From Octopus bimaculoides (lineage: Eukaryota), in assembly GCF_001194135.2 (NCBI RefSeq), contig NC_068988.1, forward strand, positions 13,745,307-13,787,956: a stretch of 42,650 nucleotides of DNA. The letters run 5' to 3'. This document shows positions 23,261 through 35,476 of the stretch, piece after piece. The notes under the pieces are model-generated. The model did not search any database. It had not been told where the DNA came from and saw only the letters and a program-made list of their open reading frames with translations. Both the position numbers and the translations under genes were made by a program. Numbering within the stretch: the stretch's first letter is position 1; each line of letters opens with the position of its first letter.

Positions 23261-25017
23261 ACTTACAAGACGAAAAAAAAAAAAACCTCTTTTGTCACAC
23301 TTCCTGCTTTAGGGTTTGGACAATATTGGAAAAAATAAGCACCAATAGATCTCTGATGGTTTTGATAAGGGCTCAGTTGTTTGATCAACTGAATTACCTG
23401 CTCATTGAACTTGTGTATGAGTGGCTGAGTATTCCACTGGCATTTGTTCCATTAATGTAATCCTCAACCAGAATCAGTGTGTGACAATAGTATGAGACGT
23501 TTTGGCACAGCCATTTTTCGCCACCAATTTAACATAGCTGATTTGATGTTGACTTATTTGACATTAAATATCAAAATTTTTTTTCATCTCTTCTCTCTTT
23601 GAGTATCTATGTTTATGTATGTGCAATGTCTCTCTCTCTCTCTCTCTCTCTCTTTCTCCTATCTCTCTCTTCCCTGCTCTCTATCTGAATCTATATTTGT
23701 TTCTGTGTGTGTGTGTCTCCAAAACTTACTCCTGCCAAAACAAGTTGAATGTCCAGTCAACCGTGACAAACTGTTTGCATTCAAACACCTGTGCCCACTT
23801 GTCTCATTTCCGTGTGGCAAGTCTGTATTTTTTAATTGCAATGACATTCCATTCGGCAGATTTTCATAAAGATTAAAGTTTAAGGCATTGATTGAAAGAC
23901 ATTTGCCCAAGCTGCCATGCAGTGTGACTTTATCTGGAACTTTGTAATTGTGAAGCAAACTTCTTAAATGATTGGACCAAGCTGCATCACAGTCCATATT
24001 ATGCAAGACTCAAGTATTATCATTATCATCATCATTATCGTTTAACGTCCACCTTCCATGCTAGCATGGGTTGGACAATTTGACTGAGGACTGGCGAACC
24101 AGAAGGCTTCACTAGGCTCTAATCTGATCTGGCAGAGTTTCTACAGCTGGATTACTCAAATAAAAATGGTGGTAGAAGTAGGAAGTGAAATGATATCCTA
24201 GCAATCAGTTAACATGTTGTGTAACTATATAATTTCTGGTTGTGTAAATTTTTATACAAATTTTCAAGTGTGAAGCTGTTTATTCTAGGAGTTAAAAGTC
24301 TACAACACCTTTTGTCTAACAAACTATTAATTAAAGTGAACTAATAAGTAAGGGTTATCAAGATTGTGAAAGATACAAGTAGAATTAGATATCAGTTCAA
24401 AGAGTTCAAAGGGCAGAAATAAGTGAATGCTGTCAGATTAAATAACTACAGGTATATTTTGAACAGAGGTGTGAGTTAAAAGTGATCCTGGTTAGCAGGA
24501 ATTAAAACTTTAACTTGCTTCGCTGTGCATGAAATGTCTGTAGAACTTGTAGACAAATAGTTTTCAATGACATAATTAATGGGTCAGCCAAGTCTGTCAG
24601 AAATCTGTAGCAAGTATTTCACATCACTAACATTGATAATGGTATTGGGAAAATACATAGATCTCATAGTTTCCAGTCCCTCCACTCCAAAGTTATTGGG
24701 ATAATCCCTGTTTGAGGAATGATTTGGATTAGTACACTTAATTGAAACAACTGAGAATATCACAATTGCATGAGAGATTATTAATATGTGGATCTATACT
24801 TTGTTTGTAAGTATGAGTTCTTTTATTCTTTCTCTCTCTTTTCTTTTTTCATTGTACTTTACTCTTGGCATCAGGAAAACTATTTTATTAGTCGGCTATT
24901 TTGTAACTACATTTCTTTTAAAATACACAGCATTTGAATTAATTTTGAAAATATTGAAGGATTTAGTTATTATTAAGTAGGTGTTTTGAACAAAAACTTA
25001 CAGAAAATTTCGATGGC

Positions 25018-25035
25018 TGAACTTAATTTAGTTCA
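25018..25035. promoter_or_regulatory. Perfect everted repeat ER6 of AGTTCA half-sites upstream of SPTLC1
   Basis: TGAACT-taattt-AGTTCA, ending 127 bp before the ATG. Confidence 0.3.
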
Positions 25036-25161
25036 CATTAAAACAAGTATTATCATAGAAACAGGGGTGGTCTCAGACCATTTCGTATCAATTATGTTGG
25101 ATTCTAAATTATGGAGTTATGTCCCCTATCAAGCATTCCGTCTGTTTAAGTCTCACTCAAA

Positions 25162-25218
25162 ATGGCGATCGTTTCACCAACTTGGGAATTCACCGAGATG
25201 ATACATGCTATATTTGAG
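25162..25218 (+). CDS. SPTLC1: SPTLC1 exon 1
   Basis: aaaATGGCG start; MAIVSPTWEFTEMIHAIFE vs human MATATEQWVLVEMVQALYE; donor GTATGC; 57 nt, phase 0. Confidence 0.9.
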
Positions 25219-27370
25219 GTATGCCTGATCTTACCATTCATTTTATATGAATATAGGTTATTTGAAAATATAAACAATTAAAAAAATATGTCACCCATGT
25301 CCATTGGATTTATTTAATTGTATGTTACATGATACGCTACATGATGGCACATTATTCAAGTTACGCACTTGTTTTGTTCTTAAATTGATATTTTAATCAA
25401 TTTCTATTTATTTTTAAAAAATCGTACCATTTTGGTGAAGCCAAGACATTCATATATTCGGAAGTTATAACTCCCGCCCTAACAAATATCGTGTAATATG
25501 TACAAATATAGATATATACAAATACATGATACAATATTTAATATGAATTATCAACATAGTTTATTATTATTATTTTTTAAATTCCTAGTCAAACCCACTT
25601 TCGATGTCAATATGACCTGCTAATCTAATCGATCGGAAAACTTGAATTCATTTACAAACTTTCTTCACTCTTGTTTTGTTTATATCCTAGATAAATAATC
25701 ATACGCCAGTCCACCTCTCTTTCAAAGTTACTATTTCAGAATCTTGCATGTTTGATAATTTTATTCTTTTTACATCAAGATCGGTAGCCGGACGGACATC
25801 CACAAATTACTATATTTTATTTATAAGCTTTAATAATTACTCACTGTTCCTTTATTTTTTATAAATGATACATTAAAAAAAAAAAAAAAAAAAAAAATAA
25901 AATATAGAAACTAAATTTATCTTCAAATACTTTTTCTAGTAAACTTTTTCTCTCGACACTGTCGCCAAAAACTTACATAATAGCTGGCGGAATCGTTACA
26001 CTTCCAAAGGGGAGACTAACTTGTTACTTGTCATCCCGGGCATGTGCTTCTGAATCCGGTTGCTGTTTCGAAGAAGTGTACCCTCCCACACATGTTAAAC
26101 TAGGTGTTCCCATTTGACACCCACCCAAGGGATTCATGAGCTTCCTGTTCCCCGGTCATGCTGCACCCATAAGTACCTACTTTAAAATGACACCGATCCC
26201 AGAGTTATTGTTGTATATACCCCCCCCCCAGTCTTTCTTGATTGAATAGACTTCTAGTAAAAGATATTACAAGCATTCAGGCAATGGAAGAAATCTTCTA
26301 TCCCAATATCCGATCGATTTGTCCTATTTTCAAAATATTTGATTTGACCAAGATTTGGCTGCTATCTCAAGCAGATCGCGTGACCGCGTGGAGATTGGCT
26401 TTGCGTTGGTTTTTTTTTTTTGAAACTTTGTTGAATTGAAATTACGTTAATAAAAACCAATGTTGAGGTAACATTGTGTCGGGAAAGAATATAATACCCA
26501 AACCATGGTATGGCAGGATTATATTCAAGCCTTTACTAATGTAAATAATCATATTTTGATAACTTTCTGAGAGCTATTGATTTTAGTAGACCTACATTTT
26601 CAGAGCTATGCGAGAGTATTAAAAAAATGTCTTTTGTCCCATTTAAAAAAAAAAAAAAATTGCTAACTCTCAAGCCAACCTCGATCTAGGAAACTTATAA
26701 TCAGAAGGGTTCCAACCGTGGCTTTCCTGTCATTTTTTCCCCTCCAGTCATACCGTATCCAGGGACTAAAACCGTATTGGTGTGGTCTTAGAACGAACAT
26801 TAAGGTGATTCTAGTAATACGTTGACACTGACACGTTTTTGTATTATTTTTTTTTACCTTTTGTCCTATACAATGTGTTTGAAAAAAAAAAGATTTTTTA
26901 TTCTGATGACCAATGCAAACATGCTAATTTAAAAGTAGGTTGTTTAAGGTGAATTGCTTGCTCTGCAGTGTAAATATGTCAAAATGTAATAATGATAAAT
27001 TCTAACGTTTGGGGGATGAGCCTTTCGTCGATTTCTCTTTTGTTTACGGTACACAAAATTATACATTTTGTCAACTAGTTATAAATGTGTATACCAACGC
27101 TTTAAAAAGTGGGCGGTGAAAAAAAAAAAACATTTTTTGGTGGAGAGGGGCGCACTAGGAACGGTAGGCAGTAGAGGGGCGATAAATGCAGCTTTACAGG
27201 TTTTTTTTGTATCTTTGTTTCGTCAATATTAACTTCAAAAGAAAATTTTCAATGTAATAATATGACTAACTGCTTGTTCACCACTATCGAAGTAACAACA
27301 ACAACTGCAGCGTTAGAAAAAAATAATAGACTTTGATATGTGAATAAGCAAATAAACAAAACCGAATAAA

Positions 27371-27689
27371 AGGAGCTTGCTTCGCAACCACATGGTTTCG
27401 GGTTCAGTTCCACTGTGCGCGGCACCTTTCATTACAACTCCAGGCTGGCCAATGCCTTGTGAGTGAATTTGGCAGACGGAAGCTGTGTGGAAGCCGTCGT
27501 CTGTCTGTTTGTCACTAACCTATTGCTTTATAACCAGTGTCGGATTGTTTACGTCCTCGTAACCTAGCGTTTCGACAAATGGAGCCGTTAGAATAAGTAC
27601 TAGTGTCGATTTGTTCGACTAAAACCTTTCAAGGCTGTACCCTAGCATGGCTATAGTTCATTGACTGAAATAAAACATAAAAGATAAAA
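27371..27689 (+). mobile_element. CORE-like SINE
   Basis: gcttgcttcgcaaccacatggtttcgggttcagttccactgtgcgcggcacc...gccttgtgagtgaatttggcagacgg. Confidence 0.8.
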
Positions 27690-30007
27690 CCGTATATATC
27701 ATGTAACTTTCACGTAAGTCATACTGTGGTTGTAGTTAGTACAAATAAAATTATCTTGTCTCTTATTTTAAATACATATCAATGATATCCTTAGGATAAT
27801 GCAATCAGCAATAAACTACGCTCCTCAGAAAATGAGGTTTTCTATCTTGTATATCTGTTAACAAGAAGGAAAAGTTATCTCTCTTTAAGTGTAGGAAGGT
27901 AGCAGTAGGAGAATGCTTATTAATTAGAGTTTTGTCACAAATCCACAAGATGGTGAATCAGCAGAAACATTACAATGTCTTGTGGTCATTGGTCTTGAAT
28001 CCCGCTGTGGTCAACTTTGCCTTTCATCCTTCAGAGGGGTTGGAACCAGTCAAGTACCAGTCAAAAATTGTTGTTGTTCCTTCTCTCTCTTTTGGCGTCG
28101 GTTATGTTGTACTATGAGAATGGTCATGGGAGACTACTCACAGCATCCTATTTCTACAGAAATGGAGAAGGGTTGAGTGAGGGTCTCGCAGCCCCTTCTC
28201 ATAGCAAATTGGTAGGCTATTGGAACCGTCCAAGGATGGGCTGATGTGTGTAATGCAATACAGAATGCAAATAGAGGAAATACAAATTAACACCAAAGTG
28301 ATCAGTTACACTTTCTCCATTCAAATTAATGTCTATTGCTGATATCTATCATGTCTGTCACACAGGGACTGATATTTCAGGGCACTTAACTCAAAGTTGT
28401 TTGTTTTCACATCCATTTTTTTTTTACATGTTAGCATGGGTTAGGTGAAAACGTTATTGAGGTATTTGTTTTACAACCACATTCCCTTTCTGATGCTAAC
28501 CCTTTCTTGTTTTTCAAGTAAGGGATCTCTTATATTGCATGGCTTTGAAAGCAAAACACCAAATGAATGAACAGTTTATTGTTGAGAAATGCCAACAAGA
28601 ACACTATGCCTCTTCTGCAATAACCATAAAGAAGTTATGAAATTCATATCACACATGCACGGGCGTATGTGCACACATACAAACACATACACTATGCAAA
28701 GATAGACTCTTCTTATACATACTTTATCCAGTTTTAGTTGTATATAAGGCAGTAGTTTATCGATAATTGCTTCAAAATATGTTTTATATTTTTTCTTTTT
28801 TTAAAAAATATCAATCACTATTCTTTTCAAAATTTGGTGGCACACTTGAACTAAAAATATGACTAAAAATATAAGGAAAAAAATTTATTTTCAGGTTACA
28901 CTGTGGCACATCTAGCATTGTCTCTTGGCACACCAGTGTGCCATGGAATACCAGTTGTGGAGCATTGCTGTAGAGAATCTACATGACTACTCACATTTTA
29001 GAAGAGAGGGTGACAGTAATAGGGTGTTTCTGGAAAGTGATAAAAATAGTCGTGTTAAGATGTCAGGGTGTACCATATTAGATCTCATGTTTTTCCTGTA
29101 TCTAAGCCAGATAAAGGATTAATGAGAATTTATCTTATTCTTTGATTATGGGTTTAGGAATTAGTTGTGCTCATTTCAGATATTTTGTTTACATTCATCA
29201 TATGTTTGTTTTCCCGTGCTTGCATGTGTTAGATGAGTCTTTTCCAACACACTGCTCTACCACTTGTGGCATTCCTTTGTTATTTCTTTATTGCCCACAA
29301 GGGGCTAAACATAGAGGGGACAAACAAGGACAGACAAAGGGATCAAGTCGATTACATCGACCCCAGTGAGTAACTGGTACTTAATTTATCGACCCCGAAA
29401 GGATGAAAGGCAAAGTCAACCTCGGTGGAATTTGAACTCGGAACGAAATGCCGCTAAGCATTTCACCTGGCGTGCTAACGTTTCTTCCAGCTCGCCTTTG
29501 TGATGTCCAGCATCCTGAGATTAGTTTTCACTACCTCTCTTCATGTCTTCCTCTTTCACCACTCTCTTCCACATGAATCTCTAAGCATTTCTGTATTCCT
29601 CTATCATTATTCATATGCTTTACATATCTATACGAGTGTTGCCATTTCTCTTACACACTACATTTTATTCTTCTTATCAAGTTTTACTCTTGGTTCATTT
29701 CTTATAGTCTTTCTTTCAAAGATTGAGTAAATGTTAACTTTGGTATTTAAGGTGTAAATCTTTCATGTTTAGCTTCAAATTCTATAATTATACAGTATTT
29801 CCCAAATTACTTATTTATTTATTATATAATTAACACCACAAACATAGCTCTGTGGTTAAGAAGCTCTCTTCTCAACTACATGGTTTTTGCTTCAGTCCTA
29901 CTGTGCAGCACCTTGGGCAAGTGTCTTCTACTAAATCTCCAAGCTGACAAAGCGTTGAGTAAATTTGATAGATGGAAACTAAAAGAAGCCTGCCATATGT
30001 ATGTATC

Positions 30008-30875
30008 TTCAGGTGTTTGGGCTAATTTGGAAATTTTTTTAATGTTTCCTCTTACCAGGAACAGCTTAATGTATTGGTAAACAGTTAATGGTGTTGGAGA
30101 GCATAAAGAATAAAGCTGTAGTTGAGAAAATGTTAGCTGACATGGAGGATTGGAAGTGATCTGAAAATTGGAAAAGAGTTACCTGCATCATGATGATTCA
30201 TGCCAGGTATCAAAATGCCAACATCATGACAGCCACTCGGTGTTCTGTGAACACTTAAGGCAGTAAAGACATGACAAGGACAGCTGCAACAGAGACTATG
30301 AAGCTGTGGTTAACAGGAATGGACACAGCAGGTGTTCTGATTGCATGCTGAAATTCACCCCAACGTTTTTGAACAGGGCTTCAGGCTCAATTCAGATGGT
30401 TATGTGAAGCTGCTGGGGACTGCAGTCAATCCCTGGCTGGAGAGGGTTGCTGCTGGAAGGATTCAGCTCCTTGCCATTTCTCTGGAAAGAGTCAGAAGTG
30501 TTTATTAAAGAATTTCTTTAACTTCATGAGTCCCAATTTCTGGTCTCTTAATTCCACCCATTGTAATCCTATAGATTACTATGTATGTGAAGTGCAGTTG
30601 AGAAAGGCACCAACTGCTCTGCCTGCAACACCAAGGCTGAGCTGGTGACCAAAATCAAGGAGGTGTTTGAAGGTCTTCCCAGAGACACAGTGAGGACCAC
30701 ATACACAATATTCTTGAAGCCATGGTGGAAGCTGAGGGCAGCTATTTTGAGGAAACTGTTATCTCATAGCCATATTCTAGTTGATATTTTCTGACTTTTT
30801 AAAAAATATTTTTATTTTCAGAGATATATATATATTTTTTTAATGCAAACTGTCAAATTTAGCTCAAACACTCTA
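30008..30875 (+). mobile_element. Internally deleted Tc1/mariner element of DD37D (maT) type, SPTLC1 intron 1
   Basis: Imperfect TIRs gtgtttgggctaatttg / caaatttagctcaaacac. Remnant FEQGFRLNSDGYVKLL...PWLERV / DSAPCH...CNPIDYY / MVEAEGSYFE. Asp codons at 30460 and 30574 are separated by 37 codons. Confidence 0.85.
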
Positions 30876-31210
30876 TGTATGTGTGTGAATGTCAGTGTTT
30901 GTTTACATTTTTGTGCCATGAAAGTCACCAGCTATGAACTGTTGTTGTCACTACTCCTGTCAAGAATCATCAATTTGCTTTGAGCCTTCAAAGGTGTGTG
31001 AAAAAGGAGATCCCTCACTTGAAAAATAGCTATCTAGCCATAAAACAATTCCTCAATGATATATTCATCCTATCCTAGCTTAACATGCCAAATGGACATA
31101 AACGAACAAATTATTCATCATATAATAGTTATTTTCACAAGTAGCTTCTATTGTAATTTTTACATGCTATTTCTATTTCACTTGTATTTAATATATTTGT
31201 TTTTCAAAAA

Positions 31211-31394
31211 CTGTACTTACTCATAAGTTGCGCTTGTGTTTAAGTCGCATCCCTAATTTAGTGGTGAATTTTGGTACAAATTTCTTCCTTCATCAAACTT
31301 TATATCAGCTTTGTTTCATGTATAAGTCACATCCAACTTTTATTCAATTAAAATCAAGTATAAAACAGTGCAACTTGTACACTAGTAAATACAG
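31211..31394. mobile_element. pogo/Tigger-like MITE, SPTLC1 intron 1
   Basis: ctgtacttactc...gtgcaacttgtacactagtaaatacag|TA; same family as 39183-39345. Confidence 0.6.
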
Positions 31395-31530
31395 TATGTA
31401 GTTTTTCAAATATTTTCACCTGTTTCTTTTTAAAAATTAACTTAATTATTCACTCATTTATCTTATTTTATGTTTTATTTTTATTATTTCTTATTATTCC
31501 TTATTTTATCTATTCCTTATTGTATTTTAG

Positions 31531-31635
31531 GCTCCAACATATCATTTGTTCTTTGAAGCCATCCTTATTATTTGTATCATTAAACTGCTGTTTTCTAAAA
31601 GTTACAATCCTGAAAAAACAATACTCACAGAAAAG
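31531..31635 (+). CDS. SPTLC1: SPTLC1 exon 2 (transmembrane helix)
   Basis: APTYHLFFEAILIICIIKLLFSKSYNPEKTILTEK vs human [23 protein letters not shown]; flanked by ttttag and GTAAGC; 105 nt. Confidence 0.95.
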
Positions 31636-31677
31636 GTAAGCGTCTTTACATATTTTGCAACTATTTTTTTTTTTTTT

Positions 31678-32150
31678 TTTCGAGCGGGATCGTTTGCCAG
31701 TGCCCCCGGACTGGCCCATGTGCGGGCGACACATGAAATCTTTCGAGCGGGATCGTTGCCAGTGCCCCTGGACTGGCTCATGTGCGGGCGACACATGATA
31801 TCTTTCGTGCGAGATCGTTGCCAGTGCCCATGGACTGGCTCTTGTGCGAGTGACACATGAGGTTTTTCGAGCGAGATCGTTGCCGGTGCCCCTGGACTGG
31901 CTCTTGTGCGGGTGGCACATAAAAGACACCATTTCGAGCGTGGCCGTTTTCGTGCGGGTGACACGTAAAAGCACCCACTACACTCTCTGAGTGGTTGGCG
32001 TTAGGAAGGGCATCCAGCTGTAGAAACTCTGCCAACTTAGATTGGAGCCTGGTGTTGCCATCCGGTTTCACCAGTCCTCAGTCAAATCGTCCAACCCATG
32101 CTAGCATGGAAGGCAGACGTTAAACGATGATGATGATGATGATGATGATG
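31678..32150 (+). mobile_element. Young RTE-tailed element with four 62-67-bp tandem units plus a shortened unit, SPTLC1 intron 2
   Basis: Units start at 31678, 31741, 31803, 31865, 31932 (tttcgagcg...); same 3' tail and (gat)n. Confidence 0.88.
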
Positions 32151-32220
32151 AATGGCATGAACAATTTTGTTTGTGACATTATTTCATTAAGAAAATGAAA
32201 TAATATAAAAAATGTTTATA

Positions 32221-32295
32221 CAGGGTGTCCACAAGGTCTGGGTACATGGAGTCTTTTTAGCCATAAACACAATACACTGTGTGTCCATGTAAATT
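32221..32295 (+). mobile_element. Tc1/mariner-like left terminus, truncated
   Basis: TA|CAGGGTGTCCACAAGGTCTGGGTACA, interrupted by a SINE at ~32302. Confidence 0.4.
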
Positions 32296-32301
32296 CAGGT
32301 G

Positions 32302-32625
32302 AGAAGGCATGTGGATTAGTGATTAGGGTATTTGGCTCACAGTTGTAAGGTTGTGAGTTCAATTCCCGGCATTGTGTTGTGTCTGAGAGCAAGACACTTT
32401 ATTTCACATTGTTCCAGTCCTCTCAGCTAGCAAATATGAGTAGTACCTGTATTTCAAAGGGCCAGCTCTGTCACATTTTGTGTTATGCTGAATCTCCCTG
32501 AGAACTATATTACGGGTACGCATGCCTGTAGAGTGTTCAGCCACTTTCATGTTGATTACATGAGCAGGCTGTTCTGTTGATTGGATCAACTGGAACCCTT
32601 GCCATTATAACTGACGCAGTGCCAG
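32302..32625 (+). mobile_element. tRNA-derived SINE related to 11655-11893
   Basis: ggcatgtggattagtgattaggg...gagttcaattccc...gagcaagacactttatttcacattgttccagtcc. Confidence 0.7.
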
Positions 32626-32727
32626 ATTTTTTTAGATGAGATGGTTAGGAGTGGAAATAATCAGTAGTTAAAGTTGACAAGACTTCTTTGTTTAAATTAT
32701 TAAATTCGTTTTTTCTTTCAACTTCAG

Positions 32728-32831
32728 GAAAAATCAGATTTAATTGCTGACTGGGTGCCTCAGCCACTTGTTCCAAAGACGAGAGAAGATCATCCACTTT
32801 TGGACAATCTGAGAAATAATGTCATTTCTGG
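32728..32831 (+). CDS. SPTLC1: SPTLC1 exon 3
   Basis: EKSDLIADWVPQPLVPKTREDHPLLDNLRNNVISG vs human EKEELIEEWQPEPLVP...DHP...NIVSG; ttcag / GTAAAA; 104 nt. Confidence 0.95.
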
Positions 32832-32959
32832 GTAAAATTCCATTTTTATTTCAAATTGTTTAATTAGTAAATGTTGTTATTGTTTAACTATTTTGATATT
32901 GCTAGTATTGTTTTTGAAAGGTTGTTTATTTAAAAAAAAATTATTTCTAACATTCACCC

Positions 32960-33718
32960 TTACATGCCTCTGACCTCCATCTCCATCACTGTATCCTCTT
33001 TCTCTCTACCTCCCTCTCCCACTACTCTTTTACCTACCTAGCTCCACATCATCTCCATATCTCCCATCTTTCTGCAGTTTTATTATACTGCTGCTCTCCA
33101 CCCTTTCTGTACTTCCACTTATCACCTCCTCCCTCCTGAGCCACTTCTGTTTCTTTCACCTTCTCCTCCAGACTCATATTTACCATCGATCATGCCTTCA
33201 CCTTTGTTCACCGCTCTTACATCTTTATAAACATAGTAATCCTTCCTCATCCTCTGTCCCTATTCTCTCTTATCCCCTCTTTCTTATACCTTCAGGGTAT
33301 GCCCTGACACTTTGTCACCACCATCTTTATCTCTCTTTCCAGTTATTCCCACTCACCTTTATATACTGTGAGGTAACCATGTATTTCCTCTTCAGCAAGA
33401 CACCAGTTCTTGACCTTGTATTGTATTTTAGCTTCTCAACACATGGCATAAAACCACTTTGCTCTCTGCTACACTTTCATTCAGTGGAGGGAGCTTTTTA
33501 GTCTTGCAAGTTACTTGATGATCTCCCTAGTGCAAGTGCTATAAAAAGTAAAAAGCACCTATTACACTCTGTGAAATGGTCGGTGTTACGAAAGGCATTC
33601 ACTTGTAGAAACCATGACAAAGTAGATATTGGAACCTGGTGCAGTCCTTCGGCTTGTTAGATCCTGTTGAACCATCCAATCGTTACCAACATGAACAATG
33701 AACATTAAACGATGATCA
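32960..33718 (+). mobile_element. Decayed long RTE-tailed element with pyrimidine-rich 5' part
   Basis: C/T-rich body followed by a degenerate tail (ggcattcacttgtagaaacc...ttaaacgatgat). Confidence 0.5.
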
Positions 33719-34544
33719 TTATTTCTCACATTGTATATAAACTTTTCATACTCTTTAAACTATTTCCCTTATGTTATATAGTTGAGTTCTGTTTCAGAGC
33801 CTTAACTATACACTGCCATATTTACAGTGCTATATATCTACATAGTTCATAAATTTAATGCTATGAATGTTAGCTCCTCTTAGGCTTATGTTTTAATGAG
33901 TGACTATGTCTAGAATCTAACTGAAATTTTTTACAGCCTCTGAACACTTAGCATAAAGTCACTTCCTTTTCTACTACATCTCCACAAAGTCAAGGGAGCA
34001 TTTTTGTTTTGCATGTTAGTTGGTGACTTCGTGCCAGAGCTACAAAAAAAGTCCCCCTTATACTCTTTAAAGTGGTTGGTGTTAAAAAAAGCATCCAGCT
34101 GAAGGAACCATGCCAAATAATTCTTTATTGGAAAGATGCAAATAATCTATCTTTGAATTGCTAATTTCATAATATTTTACCCTTTTTATATATTAATGTT
34201 GCATGATAATAATTTGAAATTTTTACAAGTATAGGTTTGAGACAGACCCACCGACTAGAAAATGGTTTTCTTTTTCTGTCTCAAAATGATGCTTATTACA
34301 TCAAATACTGTTTTACATTAAAAATCTTGTAAATTATGCAGCATTTTATCATAAGTTAGTTCACAATTCCTTTTTTTAAAATTTCTGTCTTGTTTTGATC
34401 TTAATTCAAAAGTCTGGTATATATTGTCAGTCACTTTTTGTTGAACTTCTAAGTTAGGTAGACATAAACAAACCAATACCATGTTGAGCATTGAGAAACA
34501 AATATAACCTATATATGTGCATGTTCACACACACACACACACAC

Positions 34545-34695
34545 ATACACACATACAGTTTTCCATCTACTAAATCACTCACAAAGCATTAGCTAGCCCC
34601 AGAGCAATAGAAGATGCTTCAGGTGCTACACAGTGGATTGAACCCAATGCAACGTGGTTCCAAAGGGAGTTTCTTATCCACACAGCCATGCCTCT
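34545..34695 (-). mobile_element. CORE-like SINE fragment, SPTLC1 intron 3
   Basis: cagttttccatctactaaatcactcacaaagc...ccacacagccatgcct. Confidence 0.65.
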
Positions 34696-34877
34696 GCTGT
34701 GTGCTATAGACATTGATAATTGCAACTTGTGTAGTTTATTAATGATAGGATTATTATGAAAATATTAAGTCTATGTATTAAAGAGTTTCTTCCTTATAAC
34801 TCTAAGGTTGACCAAATATTTAGTTAATCTCTTTGTTCTGTCATATTTTAATTGAATAATTTTCCTTTCTCTTCCAG

Positions 34878-34971
34878 GAAAGCAGGCAAATACCTGACTA
34901 TCCAAGGTCGACAATGTATTAACATGGCCACCTTTAATTTTTTGGGTATGCTTGGTGAAAAAAGTGTCGAG
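34878..34971 (+). CDS. SPTLC1: SPTLC1 exon 4
   Basis: KAGKYLTIQGRQCINMATFNFLGMLGEKSVE (cf. CINFASFNFLG); ttccag / GTAATT; 94 nt. Confidence 0.95.
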
Positions 34972-35051
34972 GTAATTTCAGTAATTTAATTTTCAAACTA
35001 ATTTTTTATTTCAGTTAGAAATTATTTTCTTACAATTTTTTTTTTTTTTTT

Positions 35052-35335
35052 TGCATGGTGACCATGTAGTTAAGATGCTCATTTCACAACCTTGTGATTT
35101 TAGGTTCAGTCCTACTGTGTGGTACTTGGACCTTGGACAAGTGCATTCTACAATAGCCCAGGTCTGATGATACCTTGTGAGTGAATTTAGTACATGGCAA
35201 CTAAGTTTTGTGAAGTCTGTTGAGGCTGTGTACTTTGTGTGTGTGTGTGTGTGTGTGTGTGTCACCCTTGTCATTCCTTCACAACTAGTTTGTTTGCACT
35301 CCTGTACTGGGACCAATTTGTTTGACAAAAACGCT
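35052..35335 (+). mobile_element. CORE-like SINE, intron 4
   Basis: ggttcagtcctactgtgtggtac...cttggacaagtg...ccttgtgagtgaattt. Confidence 0.65.
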
Positions 35336-35403
35336 TCAAGGGGTTAATTGATAAATTTTGCTTTTCAGTTGGTTAATATGAAATCTTTCTTCCTTTCTTG
35401 TAG

Positions 35404-35476
35404 GATGCAGCAATTGAGACCCTCTTGCAATATGGGGTTGGTTCTTGTGGTCCAAGAGCGTTCTATGGCACCATGG
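35404..35476 (+). CDS. SPTLC1: SPTLC1 exon 5
   Basis: DAAIETLLQYGVGSCGPRAFYGTM (cf. YGVGTCGPRGFYGTF; carries the human C133 equivalent); ttgtag / GTAAGT; 73 nt. Confidence 0.97.

Noticed and set aside
28905-28975. hAT-Charlie-like right terminus
   Set aside because: No matching left end or TSD found.
31678-31975. CRISPR-like appearance of regularly spaced palindromic repeats (also 1-180, 41295-41575)
   Set aside because: Units are contiguous with no unique spacers, lie inside a eukaryotic retroelement, and no cas genes are present.
35161-35215. Hammerhead ribozyme core (CTGATGA)
   Set aside because: No properly placed GAAA or three-stem junction; lies in a diverged SINE copy.
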